Positions 18,248 through 26,247 of a DNA stretch of 28,958 bases are shown here, piece by piece (position 1 is the first letter of the stretch; the number at the start of each line of letters is the position of its first letter). The stretch spans positions 1-28,958 of the forward strand of contig PFWS01000022.1 of assembly GCA_002791255.1 (NCBI GenBank), read 5' to 3'. The notes beneath the pieces were generated by a model. The model searched no databases. It was not told the origin of the DNA and saw only the letters and a list, made by a program, of their open reading frames with translations. Position numbers and translations under genes: made by a program. This stretch comes from Candidatus Uhrbacteria bacterium CG_4_9_14_3_um_filter_36_7. Its GTDB lineage: Bacteria; Patescibacteriota; Patescibacteriia; UBA9934; GWF2-40-263.

Positions 18248-18598
18248 TTATTTGTTAATCATAGAATTTATTAATCCAGAAAGCATTTTACCGATATTCA
18301 ATAATTTATCATATAAAATTGTATATTGTTTTTTATCGATAATTTTTTCCAGCTTCAAAATCCGCAATAAGGCGACACATTCATTAACCGAACCTCTAGA
18401 AATAATATAGAAATTTTTCTTATCATTTTTGCTATATTTGCCCGCACCTTCTGCAATGTTTAAAACAATGCTCATCGAAGCACGTTTCAACTGATCTTTG
18501 ATATCTTTGGATATTTTATTTTCTTGAAATATTTTTAATACTTCCAAATAAAACAATTCAGATTCTTGATATACTGGAAATTTTTCAAAATCAAACAT
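18248..18598 (-). CDS. Four helix bundle protein (23S rRNA IVP / TIGR02436 family)
   Basis: FEKFPVYQ, DQLKRASMSIVLNIAEGAG, ISRGSVNECVA and IGKMLSGLI. Confidence 0.93.
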   Translation of the reverse strand: MFDFEKFPVYQESELFYLEVLKIFQENKISKDIKDQLKRASMSIVLNIAEGAGKYSKNDKKNFYIISRGSVNECVALLRILKLEKIIDKKQYTILYDKLLNIGKMLSGLINSMINK

Positions 18599-18610
18599 AG
18601 CTATTGAATG

Positions 18611-18657
18611 ATTTTAACCTTGTAAAAACGTGAATTGATTATAACAAGGTTTAAAAT
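18611..18657. other. AT-rich inverted repeat upstream of the four-helix-bundle gene
   Basis: ATTTTAACCTTGT (18611-18623) / ACAAGGTTTAAAAT (18644-18657), with one bulge. Confidence 0.5.
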
Positions 18658-18661
18658 ACAA

Positions 18662-18768
18662 TCCTTAATTCTAAACCTAAATTCTTATTCTTAATTCTTA
18701 GAAATTTGCGTTGGATTGGCGTATTTAAGAGAAGAATTAAGGTTAAGGATAAGATTAAGAATTAAGGG
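18662..18768. repeat. Two arrays of degenerate ~6-nt tandem repeats in inverted orientation
   Basis: Left (cttaat/ttctta)n at 18662-18700. Right ttaaga-gaagaa-ttaagg-ttaagg-ataaga-ttaaga-attaagg at 18725-18767. The arms are complementary. Confidence 0.7.
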
Positions 18769-18790
18769 AAATTTGCTCATCACAAATTTC

Positions 18791-18866
18791 TGGTCGGGCT
18801 GGCGGGATTTGAACCCGCGACCTCATCGTCCCGAACGATGCGCGCTACCATCTGCGCTACAGCCCG
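18791..18866 (-). tRNA. tRNA-Pro(CGG), 76 nt with encoded CCA
   Basis: CGGGCTG/CAGCCCG acceptor stem, D-arm GCGC/GCGC, anticodon arm CATCG-TTCGGGA-CGATG, T-arm GCGGG-TTCAAAT-CCCGC and 3' ACCA. Confidence 0.98.
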
Positions 18867-18876
18867 ATCTAAAAGA

Positions 18877-19914
18877 TTAAATAACAAGTTGTCCGCAAGC
18901 TGCTTGGATTTCATCACCAAAGCTTTTACGAATAGTAACTTGCACCCCATGTTCTTTTAAATAGTTTTGAAAAAAGTCCATTTGCTGTTTAGATGTTTTT
19001 TTAAGTGCAGGATCAGTAATATTGTAGGGAATAAGATTAACTCTTACATTTGTGATCAAGTGAATTAATTTTACTAGAGCTTTTGCATGATGTTCGTCAT
19101 CATTTATGCCACGCAAGAGAATATATTCAAAAGTAAGATGTTGGCGACGATGAGCAATTTTTTCCTGATATTTTTTTGACCATGTAATTAATTTTTTAAA
19201 AAAATCATCATAAGAGCTTGGAATGATTTGTTTACGGGTGATAGGATCAGCACTATGTAAAGAGATAGCTAAGCGTACTGCTGGCCATTTCGGATCCGTC
19301 AAAATTTGTTCAAGACGAGGAATTATTCCGACTGTTGAAACGGTTATACGGGTTGATCCAAGAGAAGTAAAGGCAAGAAGATCATGCAGAGCTTCTCTCA
19401 CAGATTCATAATTTGCAAGCGGTTCTCCCATTCCCATAAATACAACATTGCTTATACGCTCAGATGTACTTATATGTGAAGACAGATATATTTGCCAAAA
19501 CCGATATTGATCGACAATTTCGTCACTTAGGAGATTTCGTTTGAGCCCCATTTTTCCAGTTGCACAAAATGTACAACGCATAGCACAACCGACTTGTGAT
19601 GAGACACAAACTGTCCACTGTTTTCTAGTATTCTTCATAATAACGGATTCAATAAGAAATCCGTCTTGTAAGCTAAACAAAGCTTTGTAGGTATTTTTTT
19701 CTTTACTAACAAACATGTTTTGAATCACAAAAGAGAGCCAAGGAATTTCTTCTTTAAGCTTATTTCGCACGGAAAAAGGAATAGTAAGTACTTGATGCCA
19801 ATCCGTGAAATTCGGATGAAATAATCCCGTTTGAATTTGTTTCCATCGAAAGCTTGGCTCAAGAGGAAATTGTTTTTGAAACCAGGTTAATCGAGTGAGC
19901 AATGGTTCATTCAC
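18877..19914 (-). CDS. rlmN: 23S rRNA m2A2503 / tRNA A37 radical SAM methyltransferase
   Basis: CVSSQVGCAMRCTFC, MGMGEPLAN, ISLHS, VNLIPYN and AACGQL. GTG start overlaps the SPFH stop. Confidence 0.93.
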   Translation of the reverse strand: MNEPLLTRLTWFQKQFPLEPSFRWKQIQTGLFHPNFTDWHQVLTIPFSVRNKLKEEIPWLSFVIQNMFVSKEKNTYKALFSLQDGFLIESVIMKNTRKQWTVCVSSQVGCAMRCTFCATGKMGLKRNLLSDEIVDQYRFWQIYLSSHISTSERISNVVFMGMGEPLANYESVREALHDLLAFTSLGSTRITVSTVGIIPRLEQILTDPKWPAVRLAISLHSADPITRKQIIPSSYDDFFKKLITWSKKYQEKIAHRRQHLTFEYILLRGINDDEHHAKALVKLIHLITNVRVNLIPYNITDPALKKTSKQQMDFFQNYLKEHGVQVTIRKSFGDEIQAACGQLVI

Positions 19915-20666
19915 AGATTATTTTTTTGATTCAGCGCTTCAAAAGCACGAAGAATTTCAACTGGAATAGCAAATATAATCGTATTTGATTGATCAGAGGA
20001 TAAATCATTAATAGTTGAAAGTGTGCGAAGATGAAGAGCTCCTGGAGTACTTGAAAGCATTTCGGCAGCACGGCGTAAATTTTCTGCAGCTTGAACTTCC
20101 CCTTGTGCTTTAATGACCACAGATCGTCGTTCGCGTTCCGCTTCTGCTTGTTTGGCAATCGTACGTTTCATTTCTTCTGGCAGAGTAATATCTTTAAGTT
20201 CCACATTTTCAATTTGGATACCCCATGGATCAGTTAAAACATCTACAATTTCTTTAATTTTTTTCGATGCTTGTTCTCGTTTTGAGAGAAGTTCATCAAG
20301 ATCAAGTTCTCCAACTACATTACGCATGGTTGTTTGGGCAAGCTGGCTTACAGCATAACGAAAATTTTCAACCTCAATTACTGCTTTAGCTGCATCCCGA
20401 ACCTTATAATAAATAACTGCATTAATACGGGCGGAAATATTATCCTTAGTAATTGCTTCTTGATCTGGAACATCAACTGCCTTTATTCTAACATCTACCT
20501 TGGTCATTGATTGAATAATAGGAAGAACGATTCTCCAACCTGGATCAAGTGTGCGATAATATTTGCCGAAAAGAAATTTTACCCCACGTTCATATTGATT
20601 AATTTGACGAATACTTATAAGTAAAATGAAAAGCAATATAATAAATAGAAGAAGCAGAAATTCCAT
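19911..20666 (-). CDS. SPFH/band-7 stomatin-like (slipin) protein
   Basis: YERGVKFLFGKY, QEAITKDN, LAQTTMRNVVG, DPWGIQIENVELKDI and QAEAERERRS. Confidence 0.95.
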   Translation of the reverse strand: MEFLLLLFIILLFILLISIRQINQYERGVKFLFGKYYRTLDPGWRIVLPIIQSMTKVDVRIKAVDVPDQEAITKDNISARINAVIYYKVRDAAKAVIEVENFRYAVSQLAQTTMRNVVGELDLDELLSKREQASKKIKEIVDVLTDPWGIQIENVELKDITLPEEMKRTIAKQAEAERERRSVVIKAQGEVQAAENLRRAAEMLSSTPGALHLRTLSTINDLSSDQSNTIIFAIPVEILRAFEALNQKNNL

Positions 20667-20753
20667 AAGAAAAAATTAAATTATTTTGTTTATAAGTTTA
20701 GTCTTTTTTTTATCTTTTGTCATGAATGATTTTTTGCGATAAAATATTTTCTC

Positions 20754-22541
20754 ATGTCACAGATAAAATCTCAGATTCATCAAAAAAAATTATGGGGCTT
20801 TTTTAAGCCATTTATATGGCCGGAGAAAAAGACAATTTTTCTGGTCGTGTTTTTATTTTTGATAACCTCAATGACTCAAGTTTTTGAACCTGTGGTTTAT
20901 GGTCGGATTGTAGATATTATTATCAATTCGTTAAACGGAGGAGCTATTCAAAATCTTTTTGAACAAATTGGTTCATGGTTACTAATTTGGATTTTGCTTT
21001 TTGTTACAACTACTCTTTTTTCCACAATAGCTCTCTATTTTGTATGGCGAATGGGTAATAATGCTACAGATCGTTTCTGTTTATGTGCAATAAAAGATGT
21101 TCTTGGTTGGAGTCACGAACGTTATGCGGATATTGCCACTGGAAAAATCATGAAATATTTTGATGACGCGCTTGATGGGTTATTCATTTTAGTTGATGAT
21201 ATTCTTAATAATGTTTTGCCAACTGTGCTTACTTTTTGTTTTGTGCTTGGAGTTGGATTTTGGATTGATTGGCGGTTAACCTTGATTTCGCTTGGTTTAT
21301 CTCCTCTTTCTATTATTTTGGGTTGGTTTTCTTGGAAAAAAGCTGGTCCCAGACAACATAAAATTAATCGTGCTTGGGGTAATGTATCGCGGCATTTAGC
21401 CGAAAGTGTGGCTAATATTAGTTTGATTCAAAATTTTGTTCAAGAAAAAACACGAGAGCGTGAATATACAGATCATATTAGTAAAGCCACCAGCGGACAG
21501 CTGCGTTTAAATATTTTTTGGGCGATTTTTTATGGAGTTGGAGGAAGTTCTATTTTGCTTGCTCGTGTACTTGTCTTTGTTGGAGGTATTTATTTTGTTT
21601 CAACAGGATCTTTAACCATTGGAACTCTTATTACATTTTTAGGATTTTTAGGTTTTATTTTAAACCCTATTCAACATTTTCTTGCCTCCACACTTCCGCG
21701 TCTTTCAAGAGGTATGGTTAATCTTGAGCGTTTTCGCTTACTTCTTTCAAAACCGAATCTTATTCAAGATCCAAAAGCAGCAAAAATACTTAATTTACGT
21801 GAGGCGAAGATAGAGTTACGCCATGTTTGGTTTACGTATAAAAATCAATCAAAACCAACTCTTCAAAATATTCATTTAAAAATTCCAGGTGGAACTAGCT
21901 GCGCTCTTGTTGGACCAAGTGGTGCAGGTAAATCAACTCTTATTAAATTGCTCAATCGTGTTCTTGATCCGCAAAAAGGCTCTATTTTTATTGATGGTCA
22001 AGATCTTCGTACCTTATCACTCGCTTCTTTGCGTTTACATATTGGCATTGTCAATCAAGAAACCCTTTTATTCCATGATAGTATTTTAAAAAATGTTCGT
22101 TTTGTAAAACCAAAAGCAAAACGAAGTGAAGTGATTGAAGCCTGCAAAAAAGCTCAGGCTCATGAATTTATTTCAAAACTTCCAAGAGGGTATGAAAGTT
22201 TAGTCGGTGAGCGTGGGGTAAAACTTTCAGGTGGAGAGCGTCAGCGTCTTGCCTTAGCGCGTATTTTTCTTGCAGATCCCCCTATTCTTATTTTGGATGA
22301 GTCAACCAGTGCGCTTGATAGTGAAACCGAATATCGGCTTCAATCTACTTTGCAAGAAATTATGAAAGGCCGCACAACAATTATTATTGCTCATAGACTT
22401 TCAACAATTTATCTTACTGATCAAATTTTTGTTATTAAAGAAGGAAAAATTATTGATCACGGTATTCACGAAGAGCTTATGAAAAAAGGTGGTCTATATG
22501 ATCATCTTTGGAAATTACAATCAGGTGGGTATATTAAATAA
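20754..22541 (+). CDS. ABC exporter, fused permease/ATPase (MsbA/MdlB-like)
   Basis: Six-TM domain, GPSGAGKST, LSGGERQR, ILILDESTSALD and IAHRLST. Confidence 0.95.
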   Translation: MSQIKSQIHQKKLWGFFKPFIWPEKKTIFLVVFLFLITSMTQVFEPVVYGRIVDIIINSLNGGAIQNLFEQIGSWLLIWILLFVTTTLFSTIALYFVWRMGNNATDRFCLCAIKDVLGWSHERYADIATGKIMKYFDDALDGLFILVDDILNNVLPTVLTFCFVLGVGFWIDWRLTLISLGLSPLSIILGWFSWKKAGPRQHKINRAWGNVSRHLAESVANISLIQNFVQEKTREREYTDHISKATSGQLRLNIFWAIFYGVGGSSILLARVLVFVGGIYFVSTGSLTIGTLITFLGFLGFILNPIQHFLASTLPRLSRGMVNLERFRLLLSKPNLIQDPKAAKILNLREAKIELRHVWFTYKNQSKPTLQNIHLKIPGGTSCALVGPSGAGKSTLIKLLNRVLDPQKGSIFIDGQDLRTLSLASLRLHIGIVNQETLLFHDSILKNVRFVKPKAKRSEVIEACKKAQAHEFISKLPRGYESLVGERGVKLSGGERQRLALARIFLADPPILILDESTSALDSETEYRLQSTLQEIMKGRTTIIIAHRLSTIYLTDQIFVIKEGKIIDHGIHEELMKKGGLYDHLWKLQSGGYIK

Positions 22542-22557
22542 TTTTTTACTCACCTGT

Positions 22558-22586
22558 TTGACAGATTAAAATAAAAATAATAAAAC
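22558..22586 (+). promoter_or_regulatory. Promoter for the 34-aa small ORF
   Basis: TTGACA (22558-22563), 17 bp spacer, TAAAAC (22581-22586). Confidence 0.5.
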
Positions 22587-22635
22587 TTAAGCGGTTTTTA
22601 ACCTTATTTTTTGAAACCTGATAGAGGGGCAAACA

Positions 22636-22740
22636 ATGATAGATGATGACAGAAATTATGTAAGGTTTGGTTATGTTTGTATCTGTGGACTGTTATTTTG
22701 TGGCATATTTATTCTTGTAATGTGCCTATTGGCTCAGTAA
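22636..22740 (+). CDS. 34-aa Cys-rich single-TM small protein (below the ORF-track cutoff)
   Basis: MIDDDRNYVRFGYVCICGLLFCGIFILVMCLLAQ*. GAGGGG SD 6 nt upstream, with its own promoter and terminator. Confidence 0.65.
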   Translation: MIDDDRNYVRFGYVCICGLLFCGIFILVMCLLAQ

Positions 22741-22769
22741 GTCAGTTCTCGCTTGGTCGTCTGACCCCC

Positions 22770-22801
22770 CCCTGCCTTTTTCGTACAAGGCAGGGTTTTT
22801 T
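22770..22801 (+). terminator. Intrinsic terminator after the small ORF
   Basis: CCCTGCCTT-8 nt-AAGGCAGGG followed by TTTTTT. Confidence 0.85.
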
Positions 22802-22808
22802 GTATGCC

Positions 22809-22920
22809 TTGACCACTTTATAAAAAATACGCTATAAACTCTTTTGGGTGAAATACATGGTGTATTTCATTGTGGACCCATGACTAGTAAGAGAAACACC
22901 TTCATGGAAGGGGTCCCGCA
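22809..22920 (+). promoter_or_regulatory. Promoter and structured leader of the alpha/beta hydrolase
   Basis: TTGACC-18-TATAAA. Hairpin TGAAATACA/TGTATTTCA. GGACCC (22874-22879) pairs with GGGTCC (22911-22916), overlapping the AAGGGG SD. Confidence 0.5.
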
Positions 22921-23619
22921 ATGCAGAAGATAAACGTTATTTTGTTTCCAGGTGCTTGGGGAAATCAAACTGAAAAACAAATAATCTGGTGGTTCCGGTT
23001 TGCGATAGCTTTCTTGATGGCGTTTTTTACCAAAAAAGGTCAAACGGTTAGAGTAGTTCCGGTTGTCTATCATGGTAGTAGCCGGAAGGAAATCATCAGT
23101 AACGCTGTTTATCAACTCTCGACTCTCGACTCTGCTGCCTATAATCTGGCTGTCTGCTACAGCACTGGTGGGCAGGTCGTTCGGCTTGTGGCTCAAAATA
23201 TAAGATTTGATGATGTTCTCCTCATTAGTAGTTTAGAAAGAGGTGGAGTGCCTATTGAACGATTGCTGAAAGGGTTCAGGGTCATGTTGATCCCTTTCCT
23301 TCGGGCGATGTTTACGAACATGCTTTTTCTTACAGAAAAAGGATTGCAGTTTGTTTTCGGAACTCTGGAAGGGATTAGAGAACACATTCACCACCAAATT
23401 TTTTGGCCGTGTCTGGCGCTCGACATGCCAATTTTTTTGCCACCTCGACTTTCTTGTACTTGTGTAAAGGCAGTCTATGGTTCTGAGGATTTTTTTCTTG
23501 GCAGGCCAAGATATAGATCAGAAAATGTACAAGGGGTTGAGGTTGTAGGTGCTGGTCATGGCCTCATTCTAGATAAAGAGAAGCTGACTCAGGCTTTGAG
23601 TCAGTTATATACACAGTGA
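22921..23619 (+). CDS. Divergent alpha/beta-fold hydrolase
   Basis: Oxyanion-like LFPGAWG, nucleophile elbow CYSTGG, Asp in GSEDFF and His in GAGHG. Confidence 0.7.
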   Translation: MQKINVILFPGAWGNQTEKQIIWWFRFAIAFLMAFFTKKGQTVRVVPVVYHGSSRKEIISNAVYQLSTLDSAAYNLAVCYSTGGQVVRLVAQNIRFDDVLLISSLERGGVPIERLLKGFRVMLIPFLRAMFTNMLFLTEKGLQFVFGTLEGIREHIHHQIFWPCLALDMPIFLPPRLSCTCVKAVYGSEDFFLGRPRYRSENVQGVEVVGAGHGLILDKEKLTQALSQLYTQ

Positions 23620-23638
23620 TCTTTTTGTAAGAGTTCTG

Positions 23639-23663
23639 GCGCGCGAGGGGGGCGCGCTTTTTT
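23639..23663 (+). terminator. Intrinsic terminator
   Basis: GCGCGC-gaggggg-GCGCGC-TTTTTT after the 23619 stop. Confidence 0.8.
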
Positions 23664-23665
23664 GT

Positions 23666-24748
23666 TTATTCTTTTCCAACTGCTTCAGAAATATTTTTAA
23701 ACCCATCTTGTTTTAGAAGTTTTTCTAAACCAAATTTTATTTCACTTATAACTTGTGGCCCTTTATATATCATGCCAGTAATAAGTTGAAGCAAGGAAGC
23801 GCCAGCTTTGATGTAACTATAAGCATCTTTTGCTGTAAAAATACCTCCACAAGCAATAAGTATTTTTTTGCCATTAAAATAGTTATATAAATAGCGTATT
23901 TGCTCAAGAGAAAGATCACTTACAGGTTTACCACTAAGACCGCCATTTCCATAAGAATGTTTCTTTGTAAGATTGGTACATATAAATCCATTGACTTCAT
24001 GTTTTTGCGCGACTTTTGCGATCGTTTCTAGTTCATCTTGGGAAAGATCAGGTGACATTTTTAAGAAAAGTGGTTTTTCATTACGCACTGCATTAATAGC
24101 TTTTAATAAATGATCAAGATGTTCTGGATCAGTAAAGGGTTGTCCGCCATAGGCATTTGGACAACTAATATTAATTGTGTCATAACTTCCGATCGAAGAA
24201 AATATTTGATATGTTTTTACATAATCTTCAATGGCTGTTTGGGTCTGTGCAGTTTCTTGACAATTCGTTTTGGCAATACTAATTCCAATAGGAATTTGAA
24301 ATGAAAAAGATTGCAGATGTTTAAAGATTGCTTGAGCTCCATCATTTTTTAGTCCGTAATAGACACGCAAGCTTTGAAGATCTGGATGTCGCCAAAGCCT
24401 TGGTTTAGGATTTCCTTGATAAGGATTTGCTGTAATCGAGCCAACTTCTTCAAACCCAAATCCAACCCTTGGAAGAATTTGTGTAAGCCTTGCATCTTTA
24501 TCAAATCCTGCGGCTAGACCAATCGGATTTTTAAAGTGAATGCCCGCAATAGTTTGTTCAAGAATTGGATGAGATGAATCAAACATTTTTCCAATTAATT
24601 GTTGTGTCCATTGAAAAGATCCAAGATGTCTTCCTATAAAAGTAAAAGTATTGTGAACATGTTCTGGATCAATAGTAAAAAGAATTGGTTTAAGTATTTT
24701 TTGATAGAGAAAACCGAAAACTGTATTACGAAGAGAATAAGGATTCAT
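23666..24748 (-). CDS. pyrD: Quinone-type (class 2 scaffold) dihydroorotate dehydrogenase-like flavoprotein
   Basis: N-terminal extension KPILFTIDPEHVH, GLAAGFDK, EVGSIT, GNPKPRL, NISCPN, LKMSPD, GGLSG, CGGI and GASLLQLITGMIYKGP. Confidence 0.85.
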   Translation of the reverse strand: MNPYSLRNTVFGFLYQKILKPILFTIDPEHVHNTFTFIGRHLGSFQWTQQLIGKMFDSSHPILEQTIAGIHFKNPIGLAAGFDKDARLTQILPRVGFGFEEVGSITANPYQGNPKPRLWRHPDLQSLRVYYGLKNDGAQAIFKHLQSFSFQIPIGISIAKTNCQETAQTQTAIEDYVKTYQIFSSIGSYDTINISCPNAYGGQPFTDPEHLDHLLKAINAVRNEKPLFLKMSPDLSQDELETIAKVAQKHEVNGFICTNLTKKHSYGNGGLSGKPVSDLSLEQIRYLYNYFNGKKILIACGGIFTAKDAYSYIKAGASLLQLITGMIYKGPQVISEIKFGLEKLLKQDGFKNISEAVGKE

Positions 24749-24837
24749 AGCAGAGACATCCTAACAGAAATCAGAAAAAAATTCATTAGTGTTTAAATTT
24801 TTGCTATACTATAATCTTTCTTTTTATTTTTTAACTT

Positions 24838-26244
24838 ATGGCTTCTTCGTCAAAAAAAAATTCTAAACCATTTCCACCTGCTTTGCCTTTACGTAAACTC
24901 ATTGGTCCAAGTTTTGTTATTCTCGCTCTTGGTCTTGGTTCTGGAGAAGTGATTCTATGGCCGTATCTTGTTTCGAATTATGGGCTGGGTATTGCTTGGG
25001 GAGCTTTAATAGGAATTACTTTTCAGTATTTTATTAACATGGAAATTGAGCGCTATGCACTTGTAAAGGGAGAAAGTGTATTTGTGGGACTAGCCAAACT
25101 TTGGCGACTGGCTCCATTTTGGTTTATTTTTTCTACCTTTATCGGTTTTGGACTTCCAGGTATTATCGCCGCATCTGCAAAGGTTTTAAGTTCTTTACTT
25201 GGTTTTGAAGATTTTCGTTGGATGGCTATTTTGTTTCTTTTGCTGATTGGTTTTATTTTAAGCTCAGGAAAAACGGTTTACGGACTTATGGAAAAATTAA
25301 CGAAGATTGTTTTGCTTATTGGTGTTCCATTTATTTTTATCTTAGTTTTTTTTGTGAGTCAGCCAAGTGATTGGTGGCAACTTGCTCAGGGTTTAGTGGG
25401 TAATGGAGAAGGGTATTGGTTTATTCCAGCTGGAATGGTTCTTGCTACATTTCTTGGTGCATTTGCTTATTCAGGTGCAGGAGGAAATTTGAATCTCACT
25501 CAATCAATTTATATTAAGGAAAAAGGATATGGAATGGGAAAGTACGCTCAAAAAATTGCTGGGCTTTTTAAGCGTGGTCAACAAGAACAAGAAATTCAAT
25601 TAGAAGGAGTTGATTTTCCATTAAACGATCAAGCAAAAAAATATTTTTCTCTTTGGTGGAAACGAATTAGTATTGAACATTTACTTGTTTTTTGGCTTAT
25701 GGGATTTATTTCCATTGTCTTATTAATGTTGCTTTCCTATACCACAACGTTTGGACAAACCACTAATACTCAAGGAATTCAATTTGTTATTCATCAAGGG
25801 GCGGCTATTGGATCATTGTTGTCGCCAATAGTTGGATCACTTTTTCTTGTATCAGTATGTATTATGCTTTTTCAAACTCAACTTGGAGTTATGGATTCAA
25901 CATCACGTATCATGGCTGAAAATACTGCCCTGATTCAAACATGTCACAAACAAAAGAAAACAGTTCATTTATCAAAAATATATTTTCTTTTTGTTTGGGC
26001 ACAAATTGCTTTTGGAATTTTATTATTTTTGTTTGGTATTTCTGAACCCAGAACCCTGATTGTGCTTGGTGCTTGTCTTAATGCGGTTGCTATGTTTGTT
26101 CATATTGGTTTGGTTTCTTATTTAAATCAACGTGCTTTACCAGAAGTTTTTCGTCCAGCCATTTGGCGTAAAATTATTTTAGGATGTATTTTCGTCTTTT
26201 TTGGATTTTTTAGTATTTTGGTTCTTCTGGATCAATTATTTTGA
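24838..26244 (+). CDS. Nramp-related (YcsG-like) transporter
   Basis: IGPSFVILALGLGSGE, AYSGAGGNLNL and about 11 TM helices. It lacks the canonical Nramp DPGN motif. Confidence 0.8.
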   Translation: MASSSKKNSKPFPPALPLRKLIGPSFVILALGLGSGEVILWPYLVSNYGLGIAWGALIGITFQYFINMEIERYALVKGESVFVGLAKLWRLAPFWFIFSTFIGFGLPGIIAASAKVLSSLLGFEDFRWMAILFLLLIGFILSSGKTVYGLMEKLTKIVLLIGVPFIFILVFFVSQPSDWWQLAQGLVGNGEGYWFIPAGMVLATFLGAFAYSGAGGNLNLTQSIYIKEKGYGMGKYAQKIAGLFKRGQQEQEIQLEGVDFPLNDQAKKYFSLWWKRISIEHLLVFWLMGFISIVLLMLLSYTTTFGQTTNTQGIQFVIHQGAAIGSLLSPIVGSLFLVSVCIMLFQTQLGVMDSTSRIMAENTALIQTCHKQKKTVHLSKIYFLFVWAQIAFGILLFLFGISEPRTLIVLGACLNAVAMFVHIGLVSYLNQRALPEVFRPAIWRKIILGCIFVFFGFFSILVLLDQLF

Positions 26245-26247
26245 AGT

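Noticed and set aside
18248-18598. Four-helix-bundle gene as the Avd of a diversity-generating retroelement, or as an rRNA intervening sequence
   Set aside because: No reverse transcriptase, template/variable repeat pair or rRNA sequence is in the window.
18662-18768. Repeat block as a CRISPR array
   Set aside because: Units are ~6 nt, degenerate and lack unique spacers, and there are no cas genes.
18877-19914. Cfr-type resistance methyltransferase, or a functional link to the adjacent tRNA
   Set aside because: MGMGEPLAN fits RlmN. This tRNA-Pro has G37, not the A37 that RlmN targets.
22615-22640. GGCAAAC resembling a c-di-GMP-I riboswitch core
   Set aside because: The rest of the aptamer (GAAA-capped P2, GACGCAAAGC) is absent. 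The sequence is better explained as the SD and spacer of the small ORF.
22867-23196. 109-aa minus-strand ORF
   Set aside because: Antisense to the alpha/beta hydrolase, which has triad motifs, a promoter and a terminator.
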